Source: Azolla caroliniana (taxonomy: Eukaryota; Plantae; Polypodiophyta). Taken from it: a stretch of DNA of 64,000 bases. This document shows, in pieces, positions 13,121 through 26,600 of the stretch; position 1 is the first letter of the stretch, and each line of letters begins with the position of its first letter. Location of the stretch: positions 8,866,001 to 8,930,000 of the forward strand of contig JBHGNT010000021.1 of NCBI GenBank assembly GCA_043228905.1, read 5' to 3'. The position numbers were made by a program, and so were the translations under genes. Below the pieces are notes generated by a model. That model ran no database searches, had not been told where the DNA came from, and saw only the letters and a program-made list of their open reading frames with translations.

Positions 13121-14806
13121 ACGTGGAATGTGGCACCGGAATCCAACAACCACGTATGTGCATCTTGCGCACTATAGAGGACTTCTTCGATCATCAAGTC
13201 TTCTACGAAGAGGATTTATCTCGATCGGGTGTCGACAACATGGACTTGGTTGCCGACTGGAGAGTGGTTTGAGTCAGATTGTCCTCGATTCCGCTTGAAT
13301 TCTTGACCACTCTCTTTTCTCTTGATCGACCAACAGTCAGCAATGTTGTGACTGGCTTTTCTGAAGTGGGTGCAAAATTCGCCTGATCGACATGTTCTCA
13401 ACTTTGACCGTTGTCGGTCTCCCCTTGTTCTCGATCGACTATGATTTCGACTAGTTATGTCGGCTTGTTCTCTTCATCAACTGGATCAGTTGATTGACTC
13501 GATTGAGTGATGGGCTTCTGCCCACTCGTCAATGGTGAGCCCCATCGATTTTCACAGAATATACTTAGTGAGGATTTGGCTGATTGTTTCGTCCAAGTTT
13601 AGCCTAGGGTTGTTGTTGGCAAAGGTCATTGTACGGGGAGGTATAAGGGTGGAACACTATAAAGTGGTTGTTGTGTATGTGTAATGTATATGAGTGTGTG
13701 AGATGATGTGTATGAACACATGCACAATCATGTGCATGTGTACAAGAATGTAATGGTCTTTTTGTAACGGTTATATTAGTAACCATTACATTATGTACTA
13801 TATAAACCCCTTATTGGGCATGTAATGCAAGATAAATTTTTCCCTCTCATTTCTGTGTCATTTTCTATTTTTCTTTCCTTCTCTCTTTCCCTCACACGTA
13901 ACCCCCCTGGGAGGGGGCTGGAGTCGTTCTTGGCTCCACCCCCCACCCAATAACACCTCCCAGCTCGCCGACAAGATCGATAGGAGGGCAAGGGCTTTCA
14001 CTTAGTCTTCGAAGTTAATCCCTTGGGAGGAGAGTTCAGACAACACCCGGCTAAAGGTGTTTATGTGGGAGGTGGTTGGATTAGTTTCTCTCATCTTCAT
14101 GTTGAAGAGTTGTCTTATCAGTATCAATTTTGAAGATGAGGACTTCTTTTCGTACAGAGCTTGCAGCTTCTCCCATAACGAGAATGTTGTCATCTCCTTG
14201 GTCATGCTAAAGAAGACATTTTCGGCCAGATGCATTTGGATGGTGGAGCGCACGATTTCGTCTATGGATCTCCACTCTTCGGCTATCATCGAAGCGAGTT
14301 TTTCATTGTGTCTAATAGCTTCAACTTGTCTATGAATAATCAGCACATCTTGCATCATCTCCTTCCACAGGGCAAAGCTTTTCTTGTCGAACTTTCAAAT
14401 TTCAACTCCGGTTCCAGATGTTGAAGCTATGTTCTTTAGAAGTGAGATTTAGTAACCTAGTCTTCTCTTTCAATTGGGGTTTCTTCTTCTCTCTATCTTT
14501 TCGTCATTGCTGAACAACAAGTCGCTCTGATACCAGTTGTGAGTTATGGTGTTCAATATGTATGTTTGTATGTGGAAGTATGTGAGGACCTATAGTTTAT
14601 GTGCACAATAACACAGAGAATATAACAGAAGAAATACATGGAAACGTAGACATGGTTCGAATCTCTAATGGAAGCTCTCATTATTATGTAACTCTTATAC
14701 TCTCAAAGACTCATGATACAAGAAGATAGCTTATATACTCAAGCCCTAGCTCAAGGACACGTTCACACTTAGGATACAAAGTAGGAGTCAGCCTTTTATG
14801 CCAACA
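13121..14806 (-). mobile_element. Ty1/copia B2, 5' part (LTR, PBS, gag, protease start); host of G2
   Basis: LTR 14538-14806 ends like the B1 LTR (GCCTTTTATGCCAACA). PBS GCTCTGATACCA at 14524-14535. Gag 14002-14358 is close to B1 gag. Confidence 0.88.
13630..13955 (+). repeat. Probable solo LTR inserted in B2 gag; right TSD lost
   Basis: The segment is absent from the paralogous B1 gag. It has TG...CA ends, TATATAAA near 13799 and a GC-rich hairpin near its 3' end. The host is a few bases short at the right junction. Confidence 0.55.
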
Positions 14807-15485
14807 TGGTATTCATTGTTGTGATTGTTCATAATATTGACCTTTGTGATTAAAATGGCAAATAGAGTAGTACTTAGCAAGTCCGTTAATACTTCTTCAA
14901 TTGCCCTTTTCTCTTGGGTGGCACGAAGGATCACTTGAAAAGAGGTGTTTCGTGACCTTTTTTTCCGATGGAGTTTATGTCTTACATGCTCTTTAAGGAA
15001 AAGCATTGCACGCTACAACATAATATATATAGAAAGCAATTGCTTTTTTATAAACTTTAGGCACCTCAAACTCTCCATTAGTCCGTGCTTAAAAACTTCA
15101 ACAAGTAAGAAAGCTCATGTTTTGTCACATTTTCGGAGTCGTAGAAACAATGCTAACAGAAATAATGCCCATTGGGGTTTATAGACAAAACTATGGCTGA
15201 ATGAGTATATAGCAAGGTCTTGAAGCTAGTACCTGAAAGTCTCTTCCAAAAATAGAATCTGTAACACTAGACATACGAATTGTATGCCATGTGGAATTTT
15301 GATTTTCAATTACAAGGTTATCAAAAAAAATGAATGGGGATGTATACATATGATACAAGAAATATGCAAAACAAAGATGTCTAATCCTGCATACTAAGAC
15401 AAGTTGTCTTTATCTATTATATTCCTCTCTGCACACACACACACATATATGTATGTATGTATGTATGTATATGTGCAGGTGCAGA

Positions 15486-15601
15486 GATTCTATTGAAGAA
15501 GCTTGATACGAGTGGCAGTTTCAATGGCAGAAGCAACATGTAGGGGGATTCTATTGAAGAAGCTTGATACAAGTGGCTGTTCCAATGGCAGCAGCAACAT
15601 G
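15486..15601. repeat. 61-bp tandem duplication of the last codons and stop of the CREST gene
   Basis: GATTCTATTGAAGAAGCTTGATAC...GCAACATG at 15486 and 15547. Confidence 0.85.
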
Positions 15602-18600
15602 CCAAGCTGCATGTAGATATGGTGTCTCTGGGAAGACATCATCTGCTATGAAGAAAGCACACCCAACCAAGGATGAGATTGTATGCAAGGTATGAGCTCT
15701 TCTTAGCTGTGGTTCTGCTAGTGCTCTTCTTGCAAATGTTACCTTCACAAAAAACAAGATGAGAGAATCAAGTTTAACAGGATTAAAAAACAAGAGTTCA
15801 TCTTGAATCCTAGAGCATCAAGATTTTCTTAAACAAAATGCACCTTAATGAGCATTATGTTAATTCTTTTCTTTTCCATTTTTACCTCTAGTAATCCTAC
15901 ATGTAGAGCTGAAACTAAGCGTGGCTTCATAGGCAGAGCTGCAGCTGATGAAATGTACAGCGCGCTCCAATCCTTAGTTTTTGTCAAAGCTCTGGACAAA
16001 AGCTGATAGACGAAACATGTAAATATATGTCAGTAGTCTCTTAAAATTGTCGTTACAATTACAGAAAAAGGCCCTAAATTTCCATGCAGGCTTGCATTTG
16101 TCCATGCCATTTCATCTATATCCACACTCATGCATGCCATAGGTGTTCACTCCATTTGTACAAGAACACACCCAAGACTTCTACAGGGCCCTTATCATTG
16201 TTCTATATATAAACACTAGCTTGACTTGATGTTCAGCAAGGTGTATATATAAACACAACTTGGTGCTCATCTAAATAATTGTGATCTTGTAATTTATCTA
16301 AATAATATTGTGTGATCTTGTAATTGATCTAATTAATATTGTTATATCTCTTTTAAGTCTTCAAAATTCATTGTATTTTGAAATGCTTCACTACAGTGTT
16401 GCTTATATCATGTATAGCATGCACTTTGCAATAAATTCTTTACCAACGTGGATGTTGCTATCATGACATGATCGCTCCATCTGAGGAATTTCCTAGCCTC
16501 TCCTTTGGAGGAATGATAAAATCCTGCAACGACCCCAACTCCCACAACAGAATTGGCAAATAACTTCGTTGCAAGCCGATCCCTGCTCATTAGTTCATGG
16601 GAAGTGATGATGATGTCTGCTACAACACTTTGAGAGTTGTGATGAAATTATCTAGATAATACTGGTTTTTATACCTTACCTAGGGGCTTGAATTCCGACA
16701 ACAACAAAAGGAATTGAAGTCAATATATTCACAGCTCTTTCTGCAATATGTTTGTCACCTGCAATGTTAGAGCATCGAGATTTAATTACTATATCAAGGG
16801 AGGAATCTAGGATGTGAGTAACGTTTAAATCTTACATTTGAACGTTACAAAATTGGTAATGTTCCAAGTCATGGTTAGGAATCGGTTTGGCCTTGTCCAA
16901 AGCAAACCGGTTTAGGAACAGGTTTAGCCAAGCTGATTGAGCATTAAACAGCTTGGTAACTGGTTTAGGCTTAACCAAATCGGTTAAGGAAGTTCAAGCC
17001 TCAACCGAACTACCAAACCGTTTAATAACGGTTTGACGGTTCGGTTTAGGCTTGAGCCAAGCCGTTGCCGATTCCTAGTCATGGTAGGAATTAGGAAAGC
17101 TAGACTGTAACAAATATGAGATGGATTGATTATATGGACATTTCAGAGAACAGAAGAACAATTCATAGGTTAGTAGAACATACATGAGTTAGACCATAGA
17201 AATTATATAGAGGACGGGTCTGTACATACATAGCCGAGAAACTGCCATGAATATCACGAACAGATGAGGAAATGCAACAGAATAATTAAGCACAAATTCA
17301 TTTTATTTGCCACTTAAAGTTCCTCTTCTTAGGAGTTTGGAATAAGTATAAATATACAATGAGGGAATATTAGTGGCTGTTCGTCTAGTCTAGTGGTGGT
17401 TCGTGGTGGTTCCTTGTACCTACATTGATCAATGCACAGGGAAAAAATATAGAGGTTAAAAGTGAGAAACCAACATTGTCTAACATGAAGTTTCCATAGT
17501 AAATGGGAAATTATGCGCAAGTGATGCACATAACAATTGTCCAACAATGCATAGCAAGCTCGCTATTTAGAGTTAGCATTGCAAGAAATACATTCAGAAT
17601 ACGTTGCTGAGGATTATATGAAGATTTTAAGATATGCGTCCAATCTAGGAAACATGACCATGACATTATATAAGGGGTTATTAGGAGGTGCACTCACTGA
17701 CCATGACATAAAGTCATATTTACCCAAGGAGGCTTTATATTCATTATTTTCTTCAATGGGAGAAGGTTCCATAATTGTAAGCTTTGGGCAGATTCCGATC
17801 TGGAAAGAAAAATAATGAATTCACTTTATCAACATGCTTTACAATTTTTAGTTTATGAAGAATGAGAATGATCTCTAGCATAAAACCATGTTGAAACCCC
17901 CATTTATTCCATTTTTTGTTGGTTTTCAATTTTTGAAAAGATAGATACTGATAAATAAATAAGTAGATAAATATCAGTATCTACATTTATACCACCAGTT
18001 TAGGCAAAAGGTTTGTATACACAGATATATATACATAGTTGAACAATATACTGGGTAACTCAACAAGCTTCCACAATCTCATGAACTAAAACAAGCTAGA
18101 TATATTCCCACATATATCAGAGACAATAAGTTCTGAGTGATGTTACATAACCCAGACTATGAGATCCTGTAGGAAAGATCAAACCTAATCGATCGAAGTA
18201 ATGACCAAACAGATTGAAAACTGGAGTACACTAAGCGAGGCATCACAAATGGAGATGTGTACTCAATTTACCATAAGGAAACTGAACTAACTTCAAAAGA
18301 ACTCTAGTTTGGAAACAATTTCCCTCAAACAATGAATGTATGCCCAAATCTCATTTACAGTATGGGTGATAACAGCTTAAAATAACGCAATAAACCTAGC
18401 TACCAAGAAACCTTTTTCATAAATATATGGCTTATATCCACTTAGAAACTTCTTTCAAAAAAGCTACACGAAGTTGGAATGAATCCCTACGATAACCTGC
18501 CTAGTACTCATGCCAAAAAATTGGAAAAGAGTAATTATTCTCCCTCACAGCTAATAATCAATCTTTTCATTGACCCGTTGATTCTGATCGTCACTTGTGA

Positions 18601-19342
18601 AGTGCCACAGTCTAGTTTTACGTTATTTATGTTGCCGGGATTCAGCAACATCTTATATGATTGGCATTCGGGGAATTATGGTATCTGGATCAATTTGGTG
18701 TCATTTTTGACAACCACTCCCCTCTTCTCCCAAAATCCACTCATGACTTACGAGAAAAGTATATAAAAATCGCACTCTACTGGGGAATCATGTGAATTAA
18801 AGTGGCATCTTGGTACCTGTCCCTTTTAATTTCACTAATAATTAATCAGTAAGTCACAGAAGAACTGCATTCTCCTTGAAACTTATGTGAACTACAGTGG
18901 CATTTTGATGATTTTGACTCATGGATGATTCGAAATGACATCTTTCTTGTGGATACGTGTCTATAACATCAAGTAGAGAAGAAGAAGAAGACGAAGAAGA
19001 AAATCACCAAGATTAAGAGAAAAGAAAAAGACAGCATTTATTTGATAAAGCAGAGTGCAAAATGACGAAGGATCCACTAATAATTCAGCCAAAGAAGGAA
19101 GTGGTTTACTTGATGAGAAGCTCCTTCGTAGTTTGAAGGCATCGCTGGCTATGGAAGCTTTGATCAGTAGATCCATGCATAGTAGCATGGCTGGTAGTGG
19201 GGTGATGAAGGTGTCCATGGATTTGATGGACAACAGAGATAGTAGTACTGGTAAGGGCATCGAGAGGAGGTGGAGTTTCTTTGGTAAGTCTCCATGGATG
19301 AGGAGGAGGAGGATCCGCTTGACCAGCACGAGAGGCGGACAT
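15551..19342 (-). CDS. Multi-pass membrane protein of the CREST (alkaline ceramidase/PAQR/Per1) superfamily. Proposed exons 19342-19110, 17799-17698, 17419-17358, (17241-17230), 16758-16680, 16582-16444, 16002-15886, 15742-15551; ~311 aa
   Basis: GT-AG introns with consistent phases (total 936 nt). Hydrophobic helices carry the NILTSIPF, FYHSS, WSDH and HAAWH motifs. The last four exons are well supported; the first exons are less so. Confidence 0.75.
16870..17083. mobile_element. MITE-like (hAT-type) element in an intron
   Basis: Imperfect TIR CATGGTTAGGAATCGG / CCGATTCCTAGTCATG and many internal CGGTTT/AAACCG motifs; no clear TSD. Confidence 0.55.
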
Positions 19343-19391
19343 TGAGGATGAGGATGAGGATGAGGATTGTAAACAGAAACAACAGACACAG

Positions 19392-20086
<695 letters not shown>

Positions 20087-20239
20087 AGTCCTTGTAAGTT
20101 AATAATTCACCGTCTCCTATTGTCGGTGGCAATGCATTCTGTCACAAATTACACATAAATGCCTTGCTTGTGTTTTTGTTCCCCTTCTGAAGCTACAAAA
20201 AAACCACGTCATTAGCTTAGCCCCATAACATTTCCTCAT

Positions 20240-22300
20240 GAGTTTTTATGCATATCCGTTTGCACTATGGTCAGGACAAGCACCTTCATGGTGGTGGTTC
20301 ACATATTGTATGTTGTGCTTTATTTGTTCAATGTCATGGTTTTGAGACTATTGGAAGGTAGTTGAGGACTAAGGTAGTCTCAACATGTTGATCATACGTC
20401 TGGATGAAGGCTTATGGATCTTTTGTATAAGTCTCCACGAGTGAAACGTGGTTTGGAGGAGTCTTGGTGTCATGTTGTTGTGGCCAATGTTACAAAGTCA
20501 TTGCTAGAGTTGGTTTTTGTTCATTTTCTTTTTCAATGTTACCAAGTTTGGCTTGCTCTATTATGGAGGAACCAATTAGGTGAATGCTTTTTCTTTCCCC
20601 TCAAAAATAAGGGTGATTATAATGTTTCTATGTGTTTGGGAGAAATGGTCATGAGCATATTGTTACGCATGTGATTGGAGTTACAAAGGTTGCATAGAGG
20701 TCTTAGAAGAGACATTGTGAGGAAGATAGCAAAACTTGAGGTAAAGTCTGAACATCTAATTGTGAAGTTTAACATCTAACTTCAAAGTCATGTGTCCATT
20801 GGCCAGGGAACCATACTTTTCTCGCCTATCTAATGACGACTAACCCCTAAACACGTTAAGAGTTTTGGGATCTTGATAGCTAAGACAAGTTGAGTAGTTT
20901 TGTGATTTAAGCATGAAAATGTGGAGACAATATTGGGACGGTTGACCCTCTGAGAAGCTTTTCCACCACCAATTGGTGCTAGAGATCCATGTTGAAATGT
21001 AAATTGATGATTTGTTTCTCTATTTGCCAAAGATACAACTTGAAAACATATGTTGTGCCACTCTTATCATGTTAAGAACAACTTCTAAGCTTGAATTTTG
21101 CTCAAAGAGAAGTTCTTCTATGTGACAATGTAATGAGATTCATATTAAAAGGCATCTCAAATCCTTTTGATTCATATTAGTTTCAACCCTTGGGTTGGGC
21201 AAAGTGAATGTGTAAACTAAGACTTTTAGTTACATCTTTGACCTCACAAACTCAAGTTAACATAAGATTTAGCACTACATGAATATGCCTCATTTACAAA
21301 AATTACTCTTTTGAGTATGAATTTTAACAAGGTTGAAATCTCAATCAACGTTAGAAAGCCAATGCGTTCATAGTCTCTTTGCCAACTTTCATTAAATTAG
21401 CAATGACAATATAACTTATTCTTTCCACAAGTTCCTCAATAATTGATCCAAGTATAGCAATTGGGGTACAACTTCATCTTTATAAGTTTAGAACCATGTC
21501 AAGGAATATTTAAGTGAATGTAGAGAATATCCAATGTTTAGGCCTTCTGCCAATGGATATCTAGATGGGATATTCTCATAAGACCAAAAAGGGCATATTC
21601 GAACTTTAGAATCCATGTGAACGAATATGTTAAGTGGAATGAAAAGATATCCAAGTTTGTAAAGAATAACTAAAAAGGATATCCGTTTGAGGGGCTCTCT
21701 TGCATAACAATTAGGACACATAAAAAAAAATTAGTGACTCTTACAATGACAAAGAGGGTCCTCAATATCATTGACTTAATCACCTAGGATTTTTATGTTT
21801 AAAGTTTACTTCATTCAATGTGATACTCGTGCATGTTTGTCTTTTAAAGAAGGTAGCTAAAAACATGAAAATTACCATATATTTGAACAAATATATTATG
21901 AACCACATTCCACTACAAGCTTTCACAATATACCAACAAGGCAGACCAATCACATTCTCACCTTTTTGGAATGGAAAGCTACCTTCTACCATCATAGAAT
22001 TTCACACACATTGGTGATAAATGACATAGTATCTCACATGTCCTTGTTTACTTTTTATAGATCTCACATGAGACAGAAAATGTGGTCTCTTTATCATTGA
22101 ACGTTTTCGATCAAGAGTACTCAAAATGTCCAAAGGTAGACAAAAGAAGAAAATGTTTTTATTTGGATACTATGAACATTTCATCTAGAGTGCAAGCCTT
22201 TCAATTGGAAAAAAATACTTCCTATATAATTGTATGGATATAATATGAATCCAACTTTCGCAAATCACTCAAATGTTAATTCACCTTTGCAAGCATATCA
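20240..22300 (+). mobile_element. Highly degenerate LINE ORF2-like remnant
   Basis: Scattered peptides resemble post-RT LINE regions (W...PLKNKG, W.LYH.RF, and a C..E.HF.EC-like end near 22150-22200). Many stops. Confidence 0.35.
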
Positions 22301-22595
22301 AGGATTATACAAATCAAATAAACAACACATGCTGAATAAGAAACAATCAAGAAAATGAATCGAACTATTCAATTAGAATTTCTAGCATTTGAATATCACA
22401 TAATCAATGAAACACCATAACTTCATGTTTTCTTCTAATTCACCCTTGCAAGCAGATCAAGGAGTATACAAAAAAACAAACACATGCTGAATAAGAAACA
22501 ATGGAGAGAATAAATCAAACCATTGAATTACAATTTCTAGTATTTGAATATCACACAATCAATGAAACATTGACTTCAAATTTTCTTCTAATTCA
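22277..22595. repeat. ~160-bp tandem duplication
   Basis: AATTCACC.TTGCAAGCA.ATCAAGGA...CATGCTGAATAAGAAACAAT...TTTTCTTCTAATTCA occurs twice. Confidence 0.8.
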
Positions 22596-22729
22596 AAGAA
22601 AAAGGCCAAAATGTGATAAATACACGTGTCAATACATAAATATGAACATGTCATATGTTAAGCTCAGACACAAGATATATCAATGGAACCCATATTTCAC
22701 CTTGTCGAGAATTGAAACATCGAAGCCAC

Positions 22730-23074
22730 CCTGCAAATTATAGCTAATTGTGGCTCACTCAACATTGTACTAGGTACTGATCAATATTTAAAAATGATTT
22801 GATGTAGCATTGCTACTTGAAAGCCAGTTATTGTAGACTGTACTTTGAAACAGGTAAACAAATACATTTGTTACCTGTTTCAAACTGCAATTACACATCT
22901 GAGAATGAATACTACTGACTTTCAAACATATTCTTGCTAATTGTTTACGTATTTCAAACTACAACATCACCTCTGAGAAGGAATGCTACTGGTTTTCAAG
23001 TAGCAATGCTACATCAAATCATTTTAAAGTATTGATCAATGCATGTTGATCCACAATTAGGTATACTTTGCAGG
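22730..23074. repeat. Long inverted repeat (foldback)
   Basis: Near-perfect ~50-bp arms at 22778-22828 and 22988-23038, outer arms CCTGCAAA...TTTGCAGG, and an inner hairpin at ~22844-22884. Confidence 0.85.
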
Positions 23075-23686
23075 CTCAATCAATGTCTTCTCCAAGTTTA
23101 CATTTTCACATTACTTCTAGTCTATAGCACCTAGTACTGAGTGTGCTTTCAAATAGGAATACATATAAAATTTGTGATATGAGCAAAATGAATTCATCTG
23201 TAAAGTTATGTTATTGGTGATTATGATAATGTGGTTGATGAAGAAAGTACTTTATATGTCATGGGAATTTTTAAGCCAGCAAACTTACCTTGGTACATTG
23301 ATATGCTAAATCTAAATCTCCTTCAGAAAATGTATGCCACAAAATCCCTCATCAATTTGAAATAGGAAGTGAATTTCTTCTCTGGGGAACTCTTCATGAC
23401 ACTTGCTCTACCCAAACTTTTCTCTTTGTCGACTCCATATAAGAGAAAAGTTTGTAGTTGAAGCACATGGTTACAAAAACAGAGAATAAATAAAGCATAA
23501 GTGGACACGGATTTTGGATAAAGGGAGCAGTGTTGGAAATATTTTACCGATTGAAACAACCTAGTTACTTGAAAAGTTGATGGTTAAATAGAATAGTCAT
23601 TAAAGTATAGAGAGTGGGCGGATCACAAATCATTTATTTACAGGCCCCTTAAATCTTCTACATTCTGAAAGTAGATACTCATCATT

Positions 23687-26600
23687 TCACTTTGATAAGC
23701 TCAATCGTTTCATATCCGCCGTGATAACACTATCATTTTCTGACTGCTGTTGAGTTACCCTCGAGGAGAAGGTAACGGCATGGAGTGGATGATCCCTAAC
23801 CGTTAGCCCAAGAACATCCGGACGAGCATAGTGACCCACTACGTCAAAATCAAACTTTGCCCTAACGATGTCTCCAAAATCTATATATACAAACAAGACA
23901 ATATATCCCTTTCTTAACCATGATGTTAACAAAAACATATCCTATTGAGACACAATCCATTGAATTTACATGTGATATTCTCATCTCCCATTTTCATGGA
24001 TATTCTCACTTCCACAGACCTCATTTAGGGCTCCCTTAAACTAGAACTTATAATAGATTTCCTAATGCTTAGCCTCTGATCTCCTTCAACATTCTCGTGC
24101 CTAGACCTGATCTTTACGCTTGGCTTTGGAGGTTATGGTGGGAGAAAATTTTGAGTAAATAGGCATCGCTTAGTTGGAGAGAGGTTAAAGGGGGGGGTCT
24201 ATGGAAGTAGAAAAATATCCATGAGATGGGAGGCAACAATATCATAGCAGACTCTGAATCCAGAATAAAACTATTCGAAAACCCTATAAAAGAGATCAGG
24301 TTTACTGAATCAATAACGGGCATTGAGATATCTATGGAGTTCTCATGAGAGAACAAAAGGATTCAATCTATATGAATGGGTCCTTACAGAGTCTAGCTTA
24401 AGGTGAAAGGCCCATAATTAAAGATTAAACCTCTCTGTCTGAATCCACACTTATGAGGGAGGTTGAGGAACTCAATAACTAAAATAGGACCCTCATGCCC
24501 AACTTTCATCATTGAATGATCACCACTTTTGGAAACTTTCCATTAAAGTTGGCCTATATATAAAAGACCAAAGCCCAAAACCATATTTTCATCATTCAAT
24601 AAGCAACACTCTTGAGCTTTTGCCATTGGCTTGTCCCACAACAGATTCAAATGTCTTCCTCGCTGTTTTAATCTCAATACAGACGTTGTGATATGCCATT
24701 CATTTAAACCTCCTAATATTCTAAAGGCTTCAAAGGTTATTTAGAATATACCGTGTAACAAAAACTAGAGTGTTAGTAGTTTAGGGGTTAACAGTATCTC
24801 TTACTCTGTTTAGTGACGTTAACATACTTCTACTTGTAGACATGTATGTGTAATGAATGCTAAAGAGTTGATAGTTATCTGTGTCAGGTTAACACCATTT
24901 TTTACTATTATGGGATGTTAAAACACTTCTTGTATGCATCCATGCATTGCATGTATGTAACATATGAATTTCTGTTACTGGTGTTTTGTACTCACCGATC
25001 TCAGTAGATATAAGTGCTTCATCTTCATAGTTGGGCCCTGCCAAAACATTTCCCAAGGGAGAGATGATAACACTTCCACCAGAGCATACCACTTCATCAG
25101 GTGATGGTTCTTCTTCTAATCCTCCAAAATTGTATTCTGCTGGTGGAGGATAATCTCTCCTGCGACAGAACTGGTTTGCAGACAAAACAAAACAACCACC
25201 TTCTAATGCAATATGTGTCATAGATGCTTGCCAGCTCACTCTTGAATCTGCTGTAGGAGCACAATATAGTTCTATACCTGCCCAAAAGTTCCCACAAAAA
25301 GTACTGAATCGTATATCTTGAAATACAAAGTTCTACATCTAAGACAAATTCCCCGTAAAAGAATTGATATAAGACAGTTCTATAGAATCCAAATAAAAAT
25401 GTTGACATATGGCAGCTTGAAATAGAAAGTTTTACACCTGAAAACAAATTCCCACAAAGAATTGGTAAATAGCTTGAAATATCAAGCTTTTGCCCGACAA
25501 AAAATCCCCCAAAAAGTATTGGAATATAGCTACAATTACAAAGCTCTGCAACTGACAAAGAATGCCCATGAAGGTATTCTTATACAGCTTACAATACAAA
25601 GTTCTAAAGAATCAACAATTACTTATACTTGAAAAACAATCAACTCAATAAAAAGGACTCCCATGAAAGTATTGGTATACAGTTTCAAATAAAAGCTCCA
25701 CGCCTGAAAAGCAATCAATTCAAAAGCATTGAAGCATAGTTTGAAATACAATGCTCTATGCTTGACAGAAAATCCCCACAAAAGTAATGATTTAGTAGCT
25801 TGAAACAAAAAACTCTGACTGAAAAAGAATCCCTGAAAGAATACCAATAAGCAGCTTGAGATACAAAGTTCTGTGCCTGACAAAGAGCTCATCACAAAGA
25901 TATTGATATCTACATTACAATATAAAGCAAAGAGGGAGTGTGGAAAGAAAAAACTATAAGAATAGTTCACCTTTGGCATACATTGCTGTTCTGAGAAGGG
26001 GCATTCTATTTTCCCAGCATATTAAAGCACCGATACGACCCACCTGGGTATCAAGTACTGGCAATGTTGATCCATCACCAAAACCCCAAATTATTCGTTC
26101 GGCAGCTGTTGGCATAAGTTTCCGATGCTTCCCCAAGTATTGCCCTTGAGAATCAAAGAATATTACACTGCAATAAAGTGTCCCGCCTGATCTTTCGATA
26201 ACGCCCATGACAAGATGTATTTTATATCTAGCTGCAGCACTTGCTAGTTTATCCACCTCTGGTCCTGTAAGAAGAAGATGAAACAAAATGGAGAAGTCTT
26301 TAGCAAAGCTTATGATGCAAAAAAAGATATAACCCACTGAAAATCTGACTCTTAACAAAACCATCTGTAAATCTAGTGGCTAATTTTTAGGGGGGAAAAA
26401 CTTCATTTGAATCATAGCATTTTGACGTTAGCATTGATTTCATTTTTGAAAAACAATAGGCTCATATAACTGCACATCAGAACCGCCAACAATAAACATA
26501 TGAAATGCATCCTAACCATCATCATATTGTCCTAGTTGACTGTATCATATGCCTTCTGAAGGTAAAGAAATAAGACGATCAATCTTTGTTTGTTCCACCC

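Noticed and set aside
24020-24645. Possible LTR/PPT remnant in NIT4 intron 4 (and a LINE-like trace at ~26640-27130)
   Set aside because: Too degenerate to define ends, a TSD or domains by eye.
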